A stretch of 26,740 nt of DNA from Gemmatimonadaceae bacterium (GTDB lineage: Bacteria; Gemmatimonadota; Gemmatimonadetes; Gemmatimonadales; Gemmatimonadaceae). Of the stretch, positions 9,064 through 18,100 are shown one piece after another. Location of the stretch: positions 1 through 26,740 of the forward strand of contig JBBDYA010000072.1 of NCBI GenBank assembly GCA_040902005.1. The letters are read 5' to 3'. Position numbers and translations under genes: made by a program. The notes under the pieces were generated by a model, which was not told the origin of the DNA, did no database searches, and worked only from the letters and a program-made list of their open reading frames with translations. How positions within the stretch are numbered: the first letter of the stretch is position 1; every line of letters starts with the position of its first letter.

Positions 9064-11556
9064 ATGGGGGATCTCAACATTCGCATCGGTCCCTACCGCC
9101 TCCTGCACGTTCTGGGGCAGGGAGGTATGGGGGTGGTGTATCAGGCCGAACAGCTCGAGCCGGTTCGGCGCGAGGTGGCGGTCAAGCTCATTCACGCAAG
9201 CACCGACGGTCTGGACGTTGTGGTGCGGCGGTTCGAGTCGGAGCGACAGGCTCACGCGGTGATGGATCACCCCTCCATCGCGCGGATGTACGACGGGGGC
9301 GTCAGCGAAGACGGCAGGCCGTACTTCGTGATGGAGCTGGTCCGCGGCGTTCCCCTTCTCCAGTACTGCGACGCCAACCGATTTTCTCTCGCGGCACGGT
9401 CCCGGCTGTTCACTCAGGTCTGCCGCGCGGTGCAGCATGCCCACCAGAAGGGCGTGATCCACCGCGACCTCAAGCCCTCCAACATTCTCGTCACCGAAAC
9501 GGACGGCCAGCCGTTGGCCAAGGTGATCGACTTCGGCATCGCGCGCACAGTCTTGCCGGCCGAGAGCGCCGAGCGGTTGACGATCGTGGGCCAGCTGATC
9601 GGAACGCCGGCGTACATGAGTCCGGAACAGCTCAGCGCGGACACTGACGTCGACACCCGGAGCGACGTGTACGCGCTCGGCGTGGTGTTGTACGAGTTGT
9701 ACACGGGTGTGCTGCCGCACGATCACGAGGAATACCTTAGCCTGGCCAGGTACGGTGCGGCACCGGAAGATCCTCCGACGCCCGGTCATCGGGTGAGCAA
9801 GCTCGGTGTCGCCGCCCAGGACGTTGCCGCGCGCCGCGGCGCGGATCCCTCGGCGCTGGTGCGGGCGCTGCGCGGCGATCTCGACTGGATCGTAATGAAG
9901 GCGATGGAGGCGAACCGGGAGCGCCGCTACGACACCGCGAACGCGCTGGCTGCGGACCTGGAGCGGTCGCTGGCGAACGAGCCGGTGCTGGCGCGTCCGC
10001 CGAGCCGGGCCTATCGGGCGCGCAAGTTCATCCGGCGACACACGTTGGGCGTGGCCTCGGGCGTGGTGATCGCGCTCCTGCTGGCCGGGAGTGCGGTGTC
10101 GCAGGCGGTGCAGGCCCGGCGTGTAGCCGTTGCGCGCGATGAGGCGGTTGCGCGGCGCGCCCAGGCCGAGGGACTCATCGACTTCATGCTGGGCGATCTT
10201 TGGGAGAAACTGGAGGGGGTGGGAAGGCTGGAGATCCTGAACGACGTGGGCGAGCGGGCAGTCGGGTATTTCGCCCAGGTCGATCCCGCGCTGTTCAGCG
10301 ACGAGGAAGTGGGCGCGCGGTCCAGGATGTTGTACAACATCGGCAACGTGCGGATGCGGCAGGGGAATTCGACGGCGGCCACGCGCGCGTTCGAGGAGTC
10401 GCTGCGACTCGCGAAGGAGCTGGCGGCGCGAAAGCCCGGTGACGCCGAGGCCCTGTTCAATCTGGGCCAGAGTGAGTTCTGGGTGGGGTCGGGATACTAC
10501 CGTCAGATGCACTACGCCAAGGCGACGGCCCACTTCCAGGCGTACCGCGACGTCTCCCGCGGCCTCGTCGCGCGGGACTCCAGCAACATCGACTGGGCGA
10601 AGGAGCTCGGCTACAGCCATACGAACGTGGGCGCGGTGGAGTTGGCGATTGGCAACAGCGCGCGGGCGGCGGAAGAGTTTCGCGCGGCGCTGGAGGTCAA
10701 GGAGCGGGTTCTGGCCACCAGACCGGACGATCGCAGCCTCCTGTATGACGTGGCGCGAGCGCATTACAACGTGGGGGAGGCGCTGATTCCGGGTGGGGAT
10801 CTGCCCGGAGCCGAAGCAGCGCTTGACCGGGACATCGCGATCAAGCGGTCGTTATTGGCGGTGGATCCTCGCAACGCCGTCTGGCGTAACACGCTGGTAA
10901 ACAGCCTCACCTCCCGGGGGATGGTCGTCGGGATGCGCGGCAACAGCGACCTCGCGTTAGGCGCGTTCGCCGAAGCGGCCGCGGTGCTCGACGAGCTCAG
11001 CACGGCTGACGCGACCAACCGGGATTGGCGCCGTCGCCGCGCTTTCATTGCGGTGCTCCGTGCCGAGGTGCTGGTGTCGCGAGGTGACCTCGCCTCTGCG
11101 CGGGCACTTCTCGCTCAGGGCGTGCAGGTGCTGGAGGAGCTGGCCGCAGCCGATGCTGCTTTCCGGGTGGTGCGGGAGAATCTCGGTTACGCGCAGACAG
11201 TGGCCTGGGCCCTCGAGCTGCGCGCAGGACGGACGGAAGCTGCTCGGGACTTCGCGGTGGCTGCGGGCCGGGATTCGGCTCCCCCAGGCGCTTACGAGCG
11301 GCTCCTCGAGGGAAGAACGCTGGCACAGCTCGGCGACGCCAACGGCGCCAGACGCAAATGGGAGGATGTGGCGCTCCTCACCGCTCGGTCTCTCGCCGCG
11401 GGTGATGACCCTCGTGTGCTCGCCACGGCGGTGGAGGCACAGCTGCTCCTCGACCGACGTGCGGAGGCCGAGAGGCTGCTTAGCCGCCTGCGGAAGACAG
11501 GGTTTCGGGAAGCGGGCTTCGTTCAGCGGTTGCGTGAGCTGGGAGTTCAGTACTAG
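9064..11556 (+). CDS. Membrane Ser/Thr protein kinase with C-terminal TPR-like repeats (type usually paired with ECF sigma factors)
   Basis: GQGGMGVVY, VAVK, HRDLKPSN, DFG, GTPAYMSPE, RGDLDWIVMKA..RRY..A..LA.DL.R.L.NEPV.AR, a TM segment LGVASGVVIALLLAGSAV, then helical repeats. Start placed at ATG 9064. Confidence 0.92.
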   Translation: MGDLNIRIGPYRLLHVLGQGGMGVVYQAEQLEPVRREVAVKLIHASTDGLDVVVRRFESERQAHAVMDHPSIARMYDGGVSEDGRPYFVMELVRGVPLLQYCDANRFSLAARSRLFTQVCRAVQHAHQKGVIHRDLKPSNILVTETDGQPLAKVIDFGIARTVLPAESAERLTIVGQLIGTPAYMSPEQLSADTDVDTRSDVYALGVVLYELYTGVLPHDHEEYLSLARYGAAPEDPPTPGHRVSKLGVAAQDVAARRGADPSALVRALRGDLDWIVMKAMEANRERRYDTANALAADLERSLANEPVLARPPSRAYRARKFIRRHTLGVASGVVIALLLAGSAVSQAVQARRVAVARDEAVARRAQAEGLIDFMLGDLWEKLEGVGRLEILNDVGERAVGYFAQVDPALFSDEEVGARSRMLYNIGNVRMRQGNSTAATRAFEESLRLAKELAARKPGDAEALFNLGQSEFWVGSGYYRQMHYAKATAHFQAYRDVSRGLVARDSSNIDWAKELGYSHTNVGAVELAIGNSARAAEEFRAALEVKERVLATRPDDRSLLYDVARAHYNVGEALIPGGDLPGAEAALDRDIAIKRSLLAVDPRNAVWRNTLVNSLTSRGMVVGMRGNSDLALGAFAEAAAVLDELSTADATNRDWRRRRAFIAVLRAEVLVSRGDLASARALLAQGVQVLEELAAADAAFRVVRENLGYAQTVAWALELRAGRTEAARDFAVAAGRDSAPPGAYERLLEGRTLAQLGDANGARRKWEDVALLTARSLAAGDDPRVLATAVEAQLLLDRRAEAERLLSRLRKTGFREAGFVQRLRELGVQY

Positions 11557-11653
11557 CGCGCGCGGGGCGGTGCCGCGTCCGACTCGCTATCGCTTGCGGG
11601 AAGACACGTGTCTGGAGACGTGATCCGACATCCTGGCCTACTCCTCTCACCGC

Positions 11654-11756
11654 TCAGCGCATCTGTGAGTCCCCGTACGCGTTCAGGGCGAGGAAGATCG
11701 CGTCGAAGAGCAGGGTCGCGCTGAAGATGAAGTGTGGTCGCATGTGTAATTGCTTG
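11654..11756 (-). pseudogene. Collapsed (internally deleted) duplicate of the serine hydrolase gene at 21935-23163; 29-aa in-frame mini-ORF at 11654-11743
   Basis: 11662-11708 is identical to 21949-21995 (47 bp), and 11708-11747 matches 23128-23167 at 39/40. Reads MRPHFIFSATLL-FDAIFLALNAYGDSQMR*. Confidence 0.9.
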
Positions 11757-11950
11757 TGGGTACAACCTCGGAATATGGGTAACAGAATAGTCCAGGTGCA
11801 TCGTTTACACGTTCACGCGCTTTCGAGCGAGCCGGCTCCGCGCGCCGCAGCCTTTGGCTGGCCGTGCCGCCGGCCCACACCCAAATTGCCCCAGGATTGT
11901 CCGGAATCCACCAACCGAAGGTTGCAACCAATGCGCATTCTGCGGACGCC

Positions 11951-12727
11951 GTGATCGGCGCTATTGTCGGCGACTTCGCCGGATCGGTACACGAGTTTCA
12001 CGCGCCAAAACACAAGGACTTCCCCTTCTTCGGGCCTCGGCATTTCGTTACCGACGATTCGCTGTTGACCGTAGCGGTCGCCGAGTGGCTGTTGCATGAC
12101 ATTGATTTGACGGCCCGATTTCACGACATGGTGGAGCGTTATCCGGCCGCCGGCTGGGGCGAAATGTTCTCGCGCTGGGCGAGGCGCCGGACGCGAGAAC
12201 CGTACGGCTCGTTCGGCAACGGAGCGGCCATGCGCGTCAGTCCCGTCGGCTGGGCCTTCGACAATGCGGACGACACCCTCCGAGCCGCCGCGGCGTGCGC
12301 GTCGGTCTCACACGACCATCCCGAGGGCGTGCGCGGCGCGCAGGCGACCGCGCTCGCCGTTTTCCTCGCCCGGACCGCTCGTGACAAGGCGCTCATTCGA
12401 AGCGAGGTCGCGCGCCGGTTTCAATACGATCTCGACCGCACGGTCGACCAGATACGGCCCACCTACGCCTTCGACGAGACGTGCCAGCGTACCGTACCGG
12501 AGGCCATCGTCGCGTTTCTCGACGCGACGGACTTCGAGGACGCCATCCGGAACGCGATCTCGCTTGGCGGTGATGCCGACACGCTGGCGGCCATCGCAGG
12601 CGGCATCGCGCACGCCTTCTATGGGCGCATCCCACCAGCGATTGCCGCCGCTGCGCTTGCCGCGTTGCCCGTCGAGCTCCGCGGCGTCTGGGGCGAGTTC
12701 CGCGTTCGCTACGACGTCTCAGCCTGA
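11951..12727 (+). CDS. ADP-ribosylglycohydrolase family protein (DraG/ARH-like)
   Basis: IGAIVGDFAGS, FVTDDS, SFGNGAAMR, SHDHPEG, SLGGDADT. Start placed at GTG 11951 by family N-terminus. Confidence 0.93.
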   Translation: MIGAIVGDFAGSVHEFHAPKHKDFPFFGPRHFVTDDSLLTVAVAEWLLHDIDLTARFHDMVERYPAAGWGEMFSRWARRRTREPYGSFGNGAAMRVSPVGWAFDNADDTLRAAAACASVSHDHPEGVRGAQATALAVFLARTARDKALIRSEVARRFQYDLDRTVDQIRPTYAFDETCQRTVPEAIVAFLDATDFEDAIRNAISLGGDADTLAAIAGGIAHAFYGRIPPAIAAAALAALPVELRGVWGEFRVRYDVSA

Positions 12728-14191
12728 AGCGCGCAGGACGATCTCTGTTCGCAACACCGAGTGTACACCGCGCGAAAGGGCGCGGACGAGATACGCCACC
12801 ATCGTGTCGAGCGCGATCTCACGCGAGAAGCCGCCGGCCCCGGTTCCGAGGAGTGGGAACGCAACGCTCTCCAGCCGGAGCGTCTGCGCCTGGTAGAAGC
12901 AGCCGTTCAGCAGCTGCAGAATCACATCGCGACTGGTGAGCGGAACGTTCACATCGACGGTGCCATCGGGGCGTCGCAGCAGTGCCAACGCGGCATCGTA
13001 GTCGATCGTCACGGCGTGCAGCACGTACCTTGCTTTGAGGTTCCCGGCTCCCGTCACGACGACACCGCCCTGCCGGATCTTGCCGTACATGGCCGCCTGC
13101 GCACCGAGCACCCACCCGCTATGCGCGTTGAGCCAGTGCGACACTCCGCCGCCCATGCTGAGGCGATCGTCGTCGGAGCTCACCAGCGCGTCGGCATCGG
13201 ACGTTGCCAGATCGCCGCGCCGGATGACGAGCTCGCGATCATCGGCGAACGTCAGTCGCAGCAGCTCCGCGTCGCTCCCGTCCTCGAGGAGCGCGGCGCG
13301 CGCCACGTGATAGCGCTCCAGGTACGTTCGCTCGGCAGGATCCACTTCGTCCCACGGCGATGTCTCGCTCGGTTTGAGGGCCGACAGGACTTCTTCGAAC
13401 GACTGGAAGCGGTCGGCAGGCTGCTTGGCCATGCACCGCTCGATCACGGCGCTGATGCGTTCCGGGATGTCAAGCCGCCGCGCGCGCGGCGATACCAACG
13501 GCTGGGCCTTGTGCGCCAGCAACACGCTCAGCGGTCCGGGGCCCTTGAACGGCGGCTCGCCTGTCGCGACGTGATAGAACGTCGCGCCGTAGCTGTAGAT
13601 GTCGGACCGGGCGTCGGCGCTGTGCGCATCCTCGGCCTGCTCGGGAGCGATGTAGTCCGGCGTGCCGAAGAACGCCCCGCGGGCCGTGAGTGTACTCTCC
13701 GCCGCGTGGCGGTGGCGCGCGATGCCGAAGTCCGCGACGCGAAGACGCGACTCGTCGATCAGGAGATTGGAGGGCTTGAGATCGCGATGGACGATCCCCA
13801 CCGACGTGATGTCGATCATGCCCTTTGCGGCCTCCCGCATCCACGTCAGGAGCTGATCGACGGGAACCACGCCGCCGTTGATCACGTCGGTGAGCGAGCG
13901 GCCACTCACCAGCTCCATGATGAGAAAGCCCGTGCCGTCGGGAGCCGCGATGAAATCGTGCACGATCACGGCATGCGGCGACTGCACCTTGGCCGCAAGA
14001 CGCGCTTCGCGCGCGAGCTGAGGGTCGCTGGCCCCGTCCATCACGAGCTTGACGGCGACGTCGCGGTCGAGCGCCACGTGCCGCGCACGCCATACCTGTC
14101 CCATGCCGCCGCGACCGAGGAAACCGATGGGCTCGTAGGCGGGCAGGAGCGCCGCGAGCGGGCCGGATGTCGGCTCGATGCTGCCTGTCAT
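12719..14191 (-). CDS. Ser/Thr protein kinase fused to a C-terminal Macro domain
   Basis: Kinase: GRGGMGQVW, VAVK, HRDLKPSN, DFG, GTPDYIAPE. Macro: RGDLA...DALVSSDD..LSMGGGVS, TGAGNLKARYVLHAV, SVAFPLLGTGAGGF. Purine-rich GAGG/GGAG upstream of ATG 14191. Confidence 0.92.
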   Translation of the reverse strand: MTGSIEPTSGPLAALLPAYEPIGFLGRGGMGQVWRARHVALDRDVAVKLVMDGASDPQLAREARLAAKVQSPHAVIVHDFIAAPDGTGFLIMELVSGRSLTDVINGGVVPVDQLLTWMREAAKGMIDITSVGIVHRDLKPSNLLIDESRLRVADFGIARHRHAAESTLTARGAFFGTPDYIAPEQAEDAHSADARSDIYSYGATFYHVATGEPPFKGPGPLSVLLAHKAQPLVSPRARRLDIPERISAVIERCMAKQPADRFQSFEEVLSALKPSETSPWDEVDPAERTYLERYHVARAALLEDGSDAELLRLTFADDRELVIRRGDLATSDADALVSSDDDRLSMGGGVSHWLNAHSGWVLGAQAAMYGKIRQGGVVVTGAGNLKARYVLHAVTIDYDAALALLRRPDGTVDVNVPLTSRDVILQLLNGCFYQAQTLRLESVAFPLLGTGAGGFSREIALDTMVAYLVRALSRGVHSVLRTEIVLRASG

Positions 14192-14234
14192 TCTCCATTC
14201 TATCCTCTGCCGACCGGATGCGACATATTCGCGC

Positions 14235-15194
14235 GTGCCGGATACGCACCTCTTCTGTCCCGCGTGCAACGACTTCACCAGCGATGGGGCCGCGATCTGT
14301 CCACGCTGCGGCGGACAGGCGTTTCTCCCCAACGCGGGCGATCCCCGACGGTTGCAGGAGGTCCTGGGCCCCGCGTACGAGGTGCGTGGATCACTGGGCG
14401 AAGGGACGTTCGGCGTCGTGCACGAGGTCTACGACCGGCCCCTCAGGCGCACGCTGGCCGTGAAAGTGCTAAAAACGCCGACGCGCGACCTCCTCGACCG
14501 GTTCGGCCAGGAAGCGCAGATCCTCGCGGCCCTCCGACACCCGAACATCGTGCCACTCCATTTCGTCGGTGCTCACGGCGGCATCGCGTTCATGGTGATG
14601 CCGAAGCTCGCAGGCATTCCCTTGCGGGATGGCATGCGCCGTGGCGTGGAGCTGGCGCAGTGGGTGACGGTGGCGACTCAGGTGGCCAGCGCGCTCGACC
14701 TGGCGCATGACAGCGGTGTGATCCATCGCGACATCAAGCCGGAAAACATCTTCCTCGAGCACAGCGGCCTGGCGAGCGTGATGGATTTCGGGATCGCCAA
14801 GATCGTCCAGCCGAACGGCCCACTCAGGACATCCTCGACGGTGATCGGGACGCCGGAGTACATGAGTCCCGAGCAGATTCAGGGAGTGGGGTCCATCGAC
14901 CGCCGCGCAGATGTCTATTCGCTGGGGTGCGTCGTGCACGAGCTGACGTGCGGATCTGTGCCCTTCAGGCGAGGCCGCGGAAGCACACAGACTGTCCTCG
15001 TTCAACAGGTCCGCGACCCCGCGCCGCCCCTGCGATCGCTGCGCCAGGACGTGCCGCCGCGCTATGAGGCCGCGGTGTTGCGAGCGCTGTCGAAGCAGCC
15101 CGAGGATCGATTCCCCACGGCCGGCGCCTTCGCCGCCGAGCTGCGCGAGGCCCTGCGGACGAAACGTCCGTGGTGGCGGCGCGCAGGCGCTTAG
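14235..15194 (+). CDS. Soluble Ser/Thr protein kinase with an N-terminal zinc ribbon
   Basis: CPAC-x10-CPRCG, GEGTFGVV, LAVK, HRDIKPEN, DFG, GTPEYMSPE. GTG 14235 chosen as start because it avoids overlap with the divergent gene. Confidence 0.9.
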   Translation: MPDTHLFCPACNDFTSDGAAICPRCGGQAFLPNAGDPRRLQEVLGPAYEVRGSLGEGTFGVVHEVYDRPLRRTLAVKVLKTPTRDLLDRFGQEAQILAALRHPNIVPLHFVGAHGGIAFMVMPKLAGIPLRDGMRRGVELAQWVTVATQVASALDLAHDSGVIHRDIKPENIFLEHSGLASVMDFGIAKIVQPNGPLRTSSTVIGTPEYMSPEQIQGVGSIDRRADVYSLGCVVHELTCGSVPFRRGRGSTQTVLVQQVRDPAPPLRSLRQDVPPRYEAAVLRALSKQPEDRFPTAGAFAAELREALRTKRPWWRRAGA

Positions 15195-18100
15195 GGCGCA
15201 AGAGACGCGTCTCGCAGCAGCGTGTCGAACTGCGCGTGTTCGCGCAGCGCGTCGAGGTTCGGGCCCGCGAGCGCGGCGAGGAACATGGGCTCTCGAGCCT
15301 CGAAGGCGCGCCGCGCGTGGCGCACGGCGGCATCGCGAGCGCCCAGTGCCGTGTGGGCGACGGCGAGCGCGGTTTCGGCCGAGCTCCGCGACTCGAGCTC
15401 ACCGATCACCGCCGCGACGTCGTCGTTGGCGCCGCGCCGGCCATGGACCACGGCGAGCTGCGCGACGTGGTCGACCTGGCGGCCGCCGACGCGGAGCGCC
15501 TCGTTGATGGCCTCGAGCGCTTCGTCGAGCCGGTCCAACGCGGTAAGGACGCAGGCGCGCGCGTGCTGGCCAAAGGCGTGTGCGGGCTTTGCGGCGAGCG
15601 CCTCGTCCACCGCGCGGAGTGCGGCGCCGTAGTCGCGTTGTCCGTAGAGCGCCAGGGCGAGCTCGATCTTGCCCATGGTCGACAGCGGGTCCAGCGCGAG
15701 CGCGCGCTGGATCAGGCTCGCCGCGTTGGCACCGTGCTCGAGCCAGCTCGCCGCAATGCCGCGCCAGAGATGTGCCTCGGCGTAGTTGGGATTGAGGTCC
15801 GTCGCCCGGCTGAAGGCTTCTCGGGCGTCGGCGGCGGACCAGTCGAAGAGCGTGGCAATGATTCCCCGCACCAGATGTGCTTCGGCAAAGCGCGGATTCC
15901 GCGCAACTGCTGCCTCGACGTCCGCGAGCGCGGCGTTGCGCAACGAGCGCGCCGGTTCGGCGCCGAATCGCCCCATCAGCGCTCTCGTGTACGCCCGCGC
16001 CGCGTACGCCGGTGTCATGGTGGGATCGAGCCGCAACGCCTCGTCGAACTGGGCGATGGCCGCGGGCCACCGACTCCGGCCGCGGCCGCGCGAGAGCCAA
16101 TCCTGCGCCGAACGGTTGATGAGATAACGGCCGCGCAGGTACGCGTCGTATGCCGGGAAGCGCGCCTGGGGTTGCGCCTGTGCCGCCGCCTCGCCAGGAG
16201 GCTCGCGCATGCCCATGAACGTGCCAGTGTCTTCACTCGACCTGTCGAACGTCGATCGTGAGAACTCCGCGGGCTCGCGCCGCCAGAGACGCGCCATGAG
16301 TTCGCGGAGTCGGTCGAACAGCCCCGGCCCCGAGCCCATGGCGCGTTTACGACGGGGCGCGATGTCAAGCGCTGCCGTCATGCCCATCGCCCGCCCCGAG
16401 CCGGCGGCCGCGACGCGGACGCTTCCGGGCGATCGAACGAAGTCTGAGACCACGCGAGCCGCAAGCTCGGAAGATATGGATACTCGACCGTCCTCGAGTG
16501 CCGCGGCGATCGTCGGATATCGATCGCGGCCTTCCTTCTCGACCATCCGATAAATGGCGCGGGCGAGGGAGGGCGGAACGTCAAAACGACCTTCGAGCAC
16601 CCGGGGGACGGGCTCGATCATCTGCTGCTGTATGACTCGGAACATCGTGTCGCCGCCGAACGGAGGACTTCCCGTGAGCAACCGGTACGCAATGATACCG
16701 AGCGCGTACTGGTCGGTTGCCGGCGTCAGATGCCCGGCAATGAGCTGTTCCGGACTCATGAAGTGCGGAGTGCCCATCGTGATTCCCGCGGCGGTGAGGT
16801 TGTGCGGCTGCTGGATGTTGCCGATGCCGAAATCCGTCACGATGACGCGGCCGTCCTTTGCCAGGAGGATGTTGTTTGGCGTGAAGGCGGTGTGAATGAG
16901 GCCGCCCTCATGTCCGTGACTCAGTGCCGCTCCGGCGCCGCCCAGAATCGCCTTTGCCAGGCCGAGCGGCAGCGCCCCTACAGGCTTGAGCGCATCCGCG
17001 AGGCTGACGCCGTCGATGAACTCGGAGATCATGCAGGTGAATCCAGGCGTCTGCCGGACCTCGAAGATCCGGAGGAGGTTGGGGTGTCGCAACGATGCGG
17101 CGCGCTCGGCCTGGCGCGCGAACTGCGCGACCGCGGTGTCATGGACGGCGAGCTCGGGATCGAGCGTCTTGATCGCGACCTGTTCGCCGGTGTCGATGCG
17201 GCGCGCGAGGTAGACGCGTGCCAGGGCGCCGCGACCGATGTCGCGAATGAGCTCGAACTCCTTTCGCAACTCATCGACCATCGCGCGATCGGCCGAGAGC
17301 TCCGGCTTCTTCGGCGCCCTGACGGCGGCCCGCGGCGGGCCCGAGATCTCCAGCGCCAGCGGCGGTAGCGTGCCGACATGCACTCGCGCGATGGATGCAC
17401 CCGCCGCCAGCTGCTCGAGAAGTCGGAGGGCTTCGTCGCGCTCGGCGTCCGTCTGCGGGATGCTCTCGAGCGCCAGCGCCATGTCACGCGTCGTCGCGAA
17501 GCGGTCCTTGGGGTCCTTGTTGAGGGAGCAGTAAATGACTTCCAGCAGCTCCTTCGGCACCTCGCCCCGCACCCGGGAGATGTCGGGCACCGGCGTCATG
17601 TAGTGGTGCTGGATGACTTCCACCGGGGCGCCGTTGAACGGCATTTCGCCGGTGAGCATCTGAAAGCCGAGGACGCCGAGCGAATACTGATCGGCCTGTG
17701 GTGCAGCGGCTTGCCCGTCGCACTGCTCGGGACTCATGAAGTACGGCGTTCCGATGACCATCCCGCTGTCGGTGAGCGCGACGTCGTCCTGCGCGCTGGC
17801 GATGCTGAAGTCCGCGACTGCGACGAGTCCGTCCCGATCGACGAGGATGTTGCCGCCATGGACATCGCGGTGAACGATCCTCTTGTCATGGACGAACGCC
17901 AGGCCGTGCGCAGCCGCCGTCAGGATGGCGACGACGACATTGATCGGGAGCGCGCCTTGATGGCGGATGATGGCATCCACCGCGCGACCCTCGACGAACT
18001 TCATCACCATGAAGTGCCATGGGCCGGCACTCCCGGCACGGTACACCGGCAGGATATTTCGATGGTCGAGTGAAGCGGCGAGCCGTGCCTCATGATGGAA

